Positions 37,801 through 48,322 of a stretch of 64,000 nt of DNA are shown here, piece after piece. The stretch is from contig NW_018480078.1 in NCBI RefSeq assembly GCF_002113885.1, forward strand, positions 825,375 through 889,374. Direction: 5' to 3'. The stretch comes from Mizuhopecten yessoensis. Lineage: Eukaryota. The first letter of the stretch is position 1, and every line of letters begins with the position of its first letter. Position numbers and translations under genes: made by a program. Below the pieces are notes generated by a model that saw nothing but the letters and a program-made list of their open reading frames with translations, had not been told where the DNA came from and did no database searches.

Positions 37801-40800
37801 AGGAGAGCTTAAATATGTTGAAAACCATTTTTCTGCATCAAATTTTAAACACTGCTTTACCCCTGTGAACCCTTTCCAGTGCCTAACACTTCTGACACCT
37901 TATACAGATAATTTATATTCAAGTCATACAATTAGATTGTAAGAAAAAGAAAGAATATGATAATCAACCTCTTATGTCTTAACACTTAACTACGGTAACC
38001 ATACCTGTTGACGTCCATTGATGTTATTCCGTAGATAGCGAACTTTCTCGACTTCTGTCTTAAACTTCGGTTCACCCAAGCAAACACATCTGTTGTAGGC
38101 AATAATAAGAAACTTTCAGTGTTTTTTAATCTGGTGACTTTTTGGGTCCGATAATGGAACCTATTCCCAATTGAAACTATTTCATATTTACGTCTAATTC
38201 CCAAAATTTGCTGTTTACTACTGAATATTTACTTCCAAATTGGTACATTTTCTTCCCAAAATAAGACAGTAAGCCCCCATCCCAAATTAACGGTAAAAAA
38301 ACCTGATTTAAAAATTTAAAATAGCAACATTTTTTAAAATGTTTTACTAGCTTCAGTTTCTTCAAATGGAAATAGTAACCATACTTAACAGCACATTATA
38401 ATGATGTGGTTTCTAATCGTCAAGACCATAATGACACATTTAAAACAGATAACTTTATTTGTACCAAAAAAATCGGGTCATAAAACACAACATATATATC
38501 CCGCTTTTGGCGCAAAACATATCTCTCCCCCAACCCCTATTTATTTATAACTCCCATACCGTCCACCCATAAAAAAAAAGAGAAAAAAGCTATGCTTTTA
38601 TGACTAGACTAGACTTCGTCACATAATTGAGAACAGCAGCAGCAGTTAAATGTCTTTCAGAAATGATGTTTCAAACAGGAGTCCCAATGGGCCTGCATTG
38701 ATCTAACACTTGCTACCTAACAAGAATTACGTGTAATGAGATGTCTTGCCTGTCCCCACTTTGTGCATAAGATTCAATGTGTCAAGCGTTGTAAGTTTGA
38801 GCCGAAATTCGGAAATTTACATTTTTATAAACAATTTGGCAATACATGGAGGTATAAAAGGAACAAGTGCTAATTGTAATGGGAGCCGGCCATTACAGAT
38901 ATCCCCCAATGCGAACTACCCCCAAATTTGGAAAAACAAATGTAAAAGGGAGAAAGGAAGTTGCAGTGCCATAATACACGTACATACCAAATTTCAGCGA
39001 AATCAAAATACATGTATATGTGAATTTCGATCAATCATGCAGAAGCAAGTATATGACGAACATCTTGTCAGATCAGAAAACGGATGCTGCGGTTGAGTTC
39101 ACAGTGCAAAAATACACTTACATACCAATTTTAACAAAATTAAACAATAACTGAATTTCGACCAATCAGAAGCCAATTATTATATTGTGGCCATTTTGTC
39201 AAATAATAACATGAATGCCATGGATGAGCTGGCAGTGCCAAAATACATATACATACTAAATTTAACAGAAATTGAACAGTAACTGAATGAGATCAGGAAA
39301 CAGAAGTCACAGTTGAATTCATAGTGCCAAGATACATCTATACACCAAATTTGAGCGAAATCGAACAGTAACTGAATTTCGACCAATCAGACCCAATATA
39401 CGGCAGCCATTTTGTCAAATCAGAAAACTGATGTTGAGGCTGAGTTTGCAGTGACAAAATACACCTTCAAATAAAATTTGAGCAAAATGGAACAATATCT
39501 GAATTTCTTTGAATATGAGTCAAGGTCCTTTATTTGGACAAAACTGGTAGCACTTCACCCGAGCACTTTACCATCCACATATCATCACCCTGGTCCTTTT
39601 GGTTATTCAGAAGATGTTGTTTAAATATTTAACATGTTTGACCCCTGTGACCTTGAATATGGGCGAAAGTCATTATTTTTAACAATCTTGGTAGCATGCG
39701 CACCCTTCATCCTTGAATGATACTTGCTAAATATTATGACATAGGTCTCTTAATTACTCAGAAGAAATTGTTTAAAGTAAAAAATTATACCGGACAGTAG
39801 TCTCACCATAGGATAAGCGCACTGGGCCCTTCAGGCCAGGTGAGCTAAAAACTAGCTAACATCACAATCAATCAAATATACTTACACAAATTCATGATTG
39901 ATGTCTTGATACGATCTTGCCCCTTGCAGTGACCTCTTTAACTTCACTTTGGCCAGGGCATGCTTGCTTAATAATATAATGCCACTCTGGTTTCTGAAAA
40001 AAAATATTAAGCTAATGTACAGATCTCTTCACAACAAGTGTAACTTTTACACGATCTGTAGCTGTAGACTTGTTTTATAAGATGGAGCTTGAGACGGGAA
40101 TCTTATAGAATCTTGTACAGGTTGACAGTATCAGATGTATACTACAGGAATTATATTTTTACATTAAAGATTCTAATGCACAAATTTAAACAACTTTGTA
40201 TATAAATGTAGCTAATTTTGTACAGACTTAACCCAATATCCATAGTATTCCAATTACTGTATCTATATATTACCTTGATAATCCTAGCATATATTCAAGT
40301 TCTGGAGTATCAAAACATTCTCTTAAATCTTCCAGTATATCAGCCATTGAGGGAACGCCTTCACCATGTAAAGCTGAAATACCAGATAAACAATTAGTAA
40401 GATTGATGTCCATAAAAAACAAGAGGCCCAGCGGGCCAGTACTGCTCACCTGGAAGTTTTATGACGGGGCAAATCTAGCAAGCATATGTGTATTCAAATC
40501 TTCATACTAACCAAATGCAAATACGCAATGTATTATAATAGGGTTAGGGCCTCAAAGTTTATGACCCAATGACTAAGTCCCTAAGAGAGTGGCTACACCA
40601 CAGAGTCAATTATAATACCATGACTGTAACCATCTGTTTATGCCCAGAAATTGTGTATATATGGCTAAAAAGAGGGGATCTCAACAGTTTCAAAGTTATG
40701 ACCAAGGATTAAGTCCCTAGAGGTGGGGCCAGATCCCAGTTTCAATTCTAACAAGAGGCCCAGAATGCCTGTATCACTACCCTGGATATCTAAGCAATCA

Positions 40801-43800
40801 CGGCAAAATGTTCTGCAAATAAGATCCAAGGGATAGGGCTAGACCCCAAGGCCAATCTTTGTAGCATATCTGTATTCAATTTTTAATGCCCAGCAATTTT
40901 ATGTAAGGTTATGGGGTGGGGATCTCAACTGTTTCCAAGCTGTGACTCAGAAACTAGGTCCCTAGGGTTGGGCCAGACCCCAGGATCCATTCTAATATCA
41001 AAACTGCATTCGTCTCTTTATGCCCTGCAATTGTATGTATAGTTTTGAGGTAGGGATCTCAACTGTTTCAAAGTTATGACCCAGGGTTTAAGTCTGCAAG
41101 GGTGGGCCAGACCATGGGGTCATCCTAGAAGCATATGTGCATTCGTCTCTTTATGCTCAGCAATTGTATATATTGTTATAGGGTGGGGATCTCAACTGTT
41201 TCTAAGTTGTGATTCAGAATCTAGGTCCCTAGGAGTGTGGCCAGACCCAAGGGTCAATGCTAATATGATGAGTGTGTTCGTCTCTTTATGCCATGCTTTT
41301 ATATATTTAGTTTTGGGTTGGGAATCTCATCTGTTTCAAAGTTATGACCCAGGGACTCAATCTCCAGGGGTGAGGCCAGACCCCAGAGCCATTTTTGAAG
41401 CATCCGTGCATTCATCTCTATATACTCAGCAATTTTATATATGGTAGGGTGGGGATATATCAATCATTTCCAAGTAATAAACTATTTTTGCCCCACCTCT
41501 TAGCCCGGGGGTTCAGTCTGTCAATTTGCGCAATTGTTAATCCCAACCACCTAGGTATACTTCCAACAAAATATATTTGATATCCATCGCTAAGTTCAAG
41601 AGAAGAAGCTGCTTAAAGCAATATAGCCAAATTACCTTGTATGGCCCGACTCTCAGCCCCTGGGTGGTCAGCCCCACCATTTGTTCAATTTTTAATCTCA
41701 ACCACCTAGGGATGTTTTCAACTTAATATTGTTGACATCTCTCTCTTAATTTCAGAGAAGAAGTTGCTTAAAGCATAACTTGAAGTAGTTTAATTTGGCA
41801 CACATAGAAATCAAAAGCTTTTCAGGTTCATTTGTACATAATTATAGATAACCATATATGAGGCTTTCAATTTACTCAGCAAAGGAACTTTTGGGTATGT
41901 TCATACTGGATACTCCAGGGGTTATGCTCACTTTCACTCTCTGCACCCCTGGAATATGTCACAGCAAAATTGAAGGCACACGGCCAGCTATTTGATTGGT
42001 ATTAGGTATTAAACAAGAGGCCCAAGGGCCTTAGCGGTCACCTGAGTTATATCATAGGTACTGGTAGCTTTATTTTATTGTTTAGATGTGATGTGGAAAT
42101 CAGCATGTAACCTAAGTGAAATATAATACTTGTCATGTCATCAAAGGATAGGAATTTTAAAATATTTGTAAATGTTCCCTTTGGGGCCCCGCTCTAACCC
42201 CTGGGGATGGGGCAGGAATTCCAAGTTTACAATTTGATACCGTCATCCACCAAAGATGATTCTGACCAAGTAAAAATAATTTCCAACAGAAAATTGTCAA
42301 AATATACCCAAAAGTGTTGTTTCCCTATATAAACTATAGTAAACTTTACCCCCTCCCCAAGGGAGAACGGATAGCTCGGGGGTCCTGAAATTTACAATTT
42401 AAATAAAGCCCCTGATGATCTTTCCATCCATGCAGAGAAAATGACTGTAATACCTCTGAGTCTGGAGAAGAAGATTTTTGAAATATTGGTTAATTTTCCC
42501 TTTTGGGCCCCGCCCTGGCCCCTAGGGTTGGGGTAGGAATCCCAATTTTACAATTTAAAACCATCTTCCTCCTCCAAGGATGATTCTGACCAAGTAAAAA
42601 TAATTTCCAACAGAAAATTGTCAAAATATACCCAAAAGTGTTGTTTCCCTATATAAACTATAGTAAACTTTACCCCCTCCCCAAGGGAGAACGGATAGCT
42701 CGGGGGTCCTGAAATTTACAATTTAAATAAAGCCCCTGATGATCTTTCCATCCATGCAGAGAAAATGACTGTAATACCTCTGAGTCTGGAGAAGAAGATT
42801 TTTGAAATATTGGTTAATTTTCCCTTTTGGGCCCCGCCCTGGCCCCTAGGGTTGGGGTAGGAATCCCAATTTTACAATTTAAAACCATCTTCCTCCTCCA
42901 AGGATGATTCTGACCAAGTAAAAATAATTTCCAACAGAAAATTGTCAAAATATACCCAAAAGTGTTGTTTCCCTATATAAACTATAGTAAACTTTACCCC
43001 CTCCCCAAGGGAGAACGGATAGCTCGGGGGTCCTGAAATTTACAATTTAAATAAAGCCCCTGATGATCTTTCCATCCATGCAGAGAAAATAACTGTAATA
43101 CCTCTGAGTCTGGAGAAGAAGATTTTTGAAATATTGGTTAATTTTCCCGTTTGGGCCCCGCCCTGGCCCCTAGGGATGGGGTAGGAATCCAATTTTACAA
43201 TTTGGTAGCCTCATCTACCAAGGATGATTCTGACCAAGTTTGAAAAAATTACATCCACTGGTTCTTGAGAAGAAGTTGATAATGTAAAAGTTTACGCACG
43301 ACGCAAGACGGACGACGAACGATGGACGAAAGACGACGGACGACGACGGACGGAAAGCGATTGGAATAGGTCACTTGAGCAAAGCTCAGGTGACCTAAAA
43401 AATGTTACCAATCTCTAGGCTGATTCCTGTCCTTTAAAGATTACAGAGGAGCGACACTTGACTTCAAAGCCAGTCAGTTTTACTATTATGCAACCAACAT
43501 ATTTGATTTCTTTTGATGTACATCAAAGGATCAAACTAGTTTTGTTGTCTCACCTACAAGGTGATGCACACTGCACTTTCCAATTTTCCATGACATCTTC
43601 AAGGGGTGCAGAGAGCGGAATTGTAAACCCTGGAGTATCGAGGGTGGGTCTGTTAAGTGAGTATCGAGGGTGGGTCTGTTAGGTGAGTATCGAAGGTGGG
43701 TCTGTTAAGTGAGTATTGAGGATGTGTCTGTTAAGTGAGTATTGAGGGTGGGTCTGTTAAGTGAGTATCGGGGGTGGGTCTGTGAAGTGAGTATCAAGCG

Positions 43801-45736
43801 TGGGTCTGTTAAGTGAGTATCGAGGGGGGGTCTTTTAAGTGAGTATCAAGGGTGGGTCTGTTAAGTGAGTATCGGGGGTGGGTCTGTGAAGTGAGTATCA
43901 AGCGTGGGTCTGTTAAGTGAGTATCGAGGGTGGGGCTGTGAAGTGAGTATCAAGGGTGGGTCTGTTAAGTGAGTATCGAGGGTGGGTGTTTTAAGTGAGT
44001 ATCAAGGGTGGGTCTGTTAAGTGAGTATCGAGGGCGGGTCTGTTAAGTGAGTATCGAGGGTGGGTCTGTTAAGTGAGTATCGAGGGTGGGTCTGTGAAGT
44101 GAGTATCAAGGGTGGGTCTGTTAAGTGAGTATCGAGGGTGGGTCTTTTAAGTGAGTATCAAGGATGGGTCTGTTAAGTGCCAATGCTATAAGCTCTATTT
44201 GCAAAATGCAATGTAGCCATATTAACATTGGTCAAATTTTCATTTTTTCCGTTGGGAAAGATATACTGCATGTGTGGAAATATAAGTATCAATGTTTGAC
44301 AAATTTATATCATTGTTTTAACAATTTACTATAAATAGTAATAGTAACCTTGATCTTGACGTTAGAACTCTGAAAAAAAATGTTCATGGTATACACTTGA
44401 GCAAAAACACAAACAAAAACATGAACACTTTTGCAAGTAAAGAAGTGTAGGAATTAAATCCACTATGTTAATTCAATGCCCTAAAAATATAACTGTTTCT
44501 ATAAGGAAGTAACTTTACCTTTTATAGGAACTCCACTTGGTTTGTTCAATGCCAATATGTTTTCTGTAAATAAATAATTAGCATAATTGTACAAATAAGG
44601 TTCTATTTATTTAGATACTATATAGGATGATATTTCATTTAATCTTTTCATAACTATTTTGTATTTGTTGAAATTAGAAACTGAATCTTTAAAACTTTTT
44701 TTTAATTCACTTTAAAAACATGTACAGTACTAACACTGCTAACATTTATAATATATCCTGTTACGTTAACTAAATCACACAAATTATATAACATTAGCTA
44801 CACTTAGTCCCACACTGAAAAATTACGCAAGAATAAAACGAATTGAGCAGCACATACACTTTGCTTATGAATCACTGAATTTTTGTTTTAGTGTATACTG
44901 TAACGGGACTTGTGGCGTGTCAGGTTCTACTCCGACAGTCCCTATCCTTTAACTGACATCATTTCTTACTTCTTCCAGGTTCATTGTGAATGTACATTTT
45001 GGTAATAATACAAAATAGGTTCTAGAAACTGGTCTAATAGAAAACTAGAAGAGTTATATATAAATTTTGCTTACACTAATGGAATTTTTTTTATCAGCGT
45101 TGCATGAGGACCATTTATTTACATTAAGTTTAAAATTTACAAACACTAGTTTTGTTCAGGAACCCTATTTGTTTTGACATGTTTATGACTAATAATATGT
45201 CCTCAAATTATATGAATCAATAATTAAGACGACTACTCCCAAACCCTAAATAGAAATCTAAGTTACCTAAAATGTCACCAGATCGACCATACAGGAACCC
45301 TTATAATTACAACCATACTTTTGATGTCTGGCCCAAAACAGAAGAACAGATTTGTGAACATGCACGTTTTATAATCCCGAATCCCCCTATGCACGCACAA
45401 GCCTCTCATCACCCAATGGACATCGACCAGCAGGGGTGCTGCATCACAGTAATATCCGACAAAGACTGTCTAGTCTATAATACGTACTATTAAATATACA
45501 ATACAAAACTACATACCATCATCGTAAACAACACTCTTTTGAATATGCTCGATTAAAAGTTCCTTTTCTGCAAAGACTGGTGCATGCAATGAGTTCCTAT
45601 CCTGGTACGGCTGCTGACTTGCTGTTTCGACACATCTTACAGGAGTGTACACGTCCTGCAATTTACTTATCCTGTGGACATGTCTCATCATGGAGTAGGT
45701 CCGCAAACAACAGGAGCTGGTCTTCATAGAAGCCAT
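34867..45736 (-). CDS. RPUSD3: Mitochondrial RluA-family pseudouridine synthase homologue, RPUSD3-like, 358 aa
   Basis: Exons 45736-45517, 44563-44519, 40373-40274, 39993-39886, 38089-38005, 37154-37016, 36553-36414, 35106-34867 join in frame (1077 nt). Motifs LALNKPSGVP, SGIILLSK, PILGDHVYS, PLHLH. The HRLD motif reads LGLS, as expected for RPUSD3 rather than RPUSD4. Basic N-terminal presequence. Non-coding exon donor at ~47637. Confidence 0.85.
35588..35909 (+). mobile_element. Full-length tRNA-derived Nin/CORE-type SINE with 8-bp TSD
   Basis: A box TAGTCTCGTGG, B box GTTCGAGTCC, ttgagcaagatacttta core, gctgtatgctccccaggga domain, (ATT)n tail; TSD ATAAATAG at 35580-35587 and 35910-35917. 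Confidence 0.9.
38673..39850. mobile_element. HINE element with degenerate internal repeats
   Basis: Begins aaacaggagtcccaatgggcc; ends cactgggcccttcaggccaggtgagctaaaa; internal repeats of aactgaatttcgaccaatcaga. Confidence 0.7.
40417..41780. mobile_element. Nested HINE elements with ~134-bp internal tandem repeats
   Basis: aacaagaggcccag starts near 40418 and 40750; gggatctcaactgtttc recurs every ~133-135 bp. Confidence 0.7.
42012..43400. mobile_element. Intact HINE carrying three near-identical ~324-bp repeats
   Basis: aacaagaggcccaagggcc...ggtcacctgag start; gatgattctgaccaag at 42255, 42579, 42903, 43223; (GACG)n microsatellite; aggtcacttgagc-aaa-gctcaggtgacct terminal hairpin; A-run flanks. 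Confidence 0.9.
43634..44179. repeat. 26-bp G-rich minisatellite (aagtgagtatcgagggtgggtctgtt), ~21 copies
   Basis: Head-to-tail units with no spacers. Confidence 0.95.
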
Positions 45737-45837
45737 TTTGTAACATGAATTTCAAATTTTGACGAGGTAATGCAACTTGATGTTTCTTTCCACACTGTTA
45801 AAAAAATGTTTATACGTTAATTATTAGTATATTTTAC

Positions 45838-46421
45838 CATAGGTGTCAATCACCCGGATTCATACTTGCCAATTCTCCCCATTTAGGAGGGAGACTCTCG
45901 ATTTTGGACCCCAAAATTGAGTATTATCAACCTGTGAATTTGCTAAACAGGGAGTATTCTTATTTTCTACGATGTGATGATTTCACCCGTTAGAACAGCT
46001 CAAATGATGCCGTCTAATTATAAAAGTGTTATTTTTCCCTAGGGCGTACATACACACATTTTATTTATGCTGTTATGTTAATTCTGAGCACACCTAATCT
46101 CCCCCATGGAAATTTCAGAAAGTTGGCAAGTATGCAGACTGTGAATGACGGAAAATTCATAAAATTAGCCCAAACCCGATTTGGTACATCTCCAACATCG
46201 GGGGTCAATTTAATCCCAAATTTTGGAAATGAAAAGAATTAAGGATCATATGAGGTCATTTGTTTTTTTATTTATTTTTCAATTTTGATACTGAAGTCAT
46301 TAGCCCTATTATTATATGCTCAACAAAGTGAGATTTTTGCTATAAACACTTCGTCCCTGTACAAAAACGATGGAATGAGGTAGATCTCCCACATTGGAGG
46401 TTTCAGAGGTTGACACCTAAA
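45838..46421. mobile_element. Two nested MITEs (inner 45861-46134)
   Basis: Inner TIR CATACTTGCCAA / TTGGCAAGTATG; outer TAGGTGTCAA / TTGACACCTA. Confidence 0.6.
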
Positions 46422-46885
46422 TTCTTTGCTTAATTTTAAACTGTTGAAGATCCAAATGCCTTTATGAAACTTTTATTGCATCAAGCATGTGCAGTGCACC
46501 ACTTCTGAATCAAGTGTCATCCAGATGTGACCTTACATTGCTTCTGATGAGGAAACAATTTCTATAGGCCAGGTACTAATTAATATAATATCATTACTGT
46601 ACTTTCACCAATTGAGCCACCTGGTAGGTGGCAGTAAGAAGTCTATAGTTTCGCTTCATTCCTCCCTACTGACATTTTCATAACTTTATTTCAGATATTG
46701 GCTACCCAGGTATATGTAATGATAAGATCAGAAATATGCTGAACACAAATACTTCTTCCTTTTGAATGTTTTTATTATATATTGTTTAATTGCAATAAAA
46801 TTGCATAGTACGTATAATATTCATTACTTTATTTCCAGAATATTTTCTTAAAACGTATACATTCAAATAATTCATAACACCCCTC

Positions 46886-47048
46886 CATCTGCATCTGGTA
46901 TGTAATTCAAATATGTGAAAATATGAAACAGTCTTGACCCTATGTACCCTCATATATATTCTGAATACAGGTTCTGAGCAGAGAAATTATAGAATTGAAG
47001 ACTATTCTTTATTTTCAAATATATATACGAACCAGATGCAGATGCCTG
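46886..47048. mobile_element. Small inverted-repeat element
   Basis: catctgcatctggt / accagatgcagatg. Confidence 0.5.
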
Positions 47049-47112
47049 TGACAACACTTTGTTGATTTGCTGTTTGTTAACTTCATAAGATTTTGTGTTT
47101 CTGAAAATGCAG

Positions 47113-47234
47113 TGTAGAGAAATTAATTAAACTAGACTGTGTCAATCGTCAGCGACCAGGGTAGCTCAATTTGTAGAGCATCCGTCTTGGGTTTGAACCT
47201 CTGTATGGCCGTGCATTTGTCCTCTTCTACAACA
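47113..47234 (+). mobile_element. Solo terminal repeat of the tRNA-related TRIM family
   Basis: TGTAG...ACA ends; gaccagggtagctcaatttgtagagc; homologous to the repeats at 48484-49022. Confidence 0.55.
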
Positions 47235-47414
47235 GTAGCAGTAGGATAACCTAGTTTTGATGAGTGCATAATATAGATTTCTAGAACAAATAAAATCAAA
47301 CAAAAAATAACAAGCGAAGTTAATTTTCTTGAGGCCTGTTCGTTTATCTGTTGATGTGGATCAACCGATTTCTCTTTTTTTTTTAAATGTGATATTCCAG
47401 TCAGCTGGTAAAAC

Positions 47415-47445
47415 CACGGAATTCTATAGCTAATTTAATTCCGTG
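47415..47445. mobile_element. 31-bp CACGGAATT...AATTCCGTG palindrome with near-7-bp TSD; putative P-element footprint
   Basis: gtaaaac|cacggaatt-ctatagctaattt-aattccgtg|gtaaaca. Confidence 0.55.
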
Positions 47446-47637
47446 GTAAACAAAATTAAAACCACCTAATACTAGTACAACAGATAAACGTAATAGGCTA
47501 TGGCTGGATTTTTGGTAAAACCTAACGAGTGACGGACCTGCAAATAACAATGCTAATGTAGGTCTCTGGCGTCTCGTCAGATAACAACATCAAATCACCA
47601 GGTCCATCCCTATTTCATAAAAGAACAGCCTTGTCAC

Positions 47638-47861
47638 CTCGATGTTCAGCCTCCTGTCACGTTCTTGAGCTCCAATGCGACTCCAGTACAATTGAAAGTC
47701 AATCGGGGTTATTCGGGCGTTTGTCGTAAATATCGCTAATCAACGTATAAGCGTTTTCGTAACTTCGATGTAAACACGTGGTCCTAACTTGTGCAATATT
47801 TTGTGTGTCAGATTTTCTTACTTTGACAGAAAAAGCAGCGAGAGGAATACTTATACATCTG
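47638..47861. promoter_or_regulatory. Compact bidirectional promoter and first non-coding exons of RPUSD3 (-) and LLPH (+)
   Basis: Opposing donors GAG|GTGACA (~47637, -) and CTG|GTAAGA (47862, +) are ~225 bp apart; CpG-enriched; E-box CACGTG at 47775. Confidence 0.55.
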
Positions 47862-48017
47862 GTAAGACTTCAAAACTAGTATAAACTACCGGCCACCACA
47901 TGTACAGTTCTACTTTTGTATATCATTCTTAAACATACAACGTGAATTGTTGGGTATTTTATGACTAATTCGTCCATATTGTTTTTGTGTAGGGCCTATA
48001 CCTTTTTTTAGTATGCT

Positions 48018-48042
48018 CAGGGATGTGTACTTCACATCCCTG
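48018..48042. mobile_element. 25-bp palindrome with perfect 7-bp TSD (GTATGCT); putative P-element footprint
   Basis: gtatgct|cagggatgtg-tactt-cacatccctg|gtatgct. Confidence 0.65.
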
Positions 48043-48322
48043 GTATGCTTCATGCTTTTTTTCCTGATAAAAGGTTAAGAGACTTGAAAAAGTGGTAATA
48101 CATGTATCCTGTATATAGATTCAGTAAGATAATTAAAGCTTTTAAAAGTGGTCATGCATGATTGACATGATAAGAGATTTGATATATATATAAAATGACA
48201 TTTTTTCTTTATTCAAAAACAAGTCCCATCATATAGTTTTACTTTTGTATGATGATCGAGATGTGTACTTTATATTTCAGCTTTATACAAGGTATAACTT
48301 CGATAAATCTGAGCCAATTACA

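Noticed and set aside
43634-44179. Regular 26-bp repeats resembling a CRISPR array
   Set aside because: No unique spacers, head-to-tail units, located in a eukaryotic intron, no cas genes.
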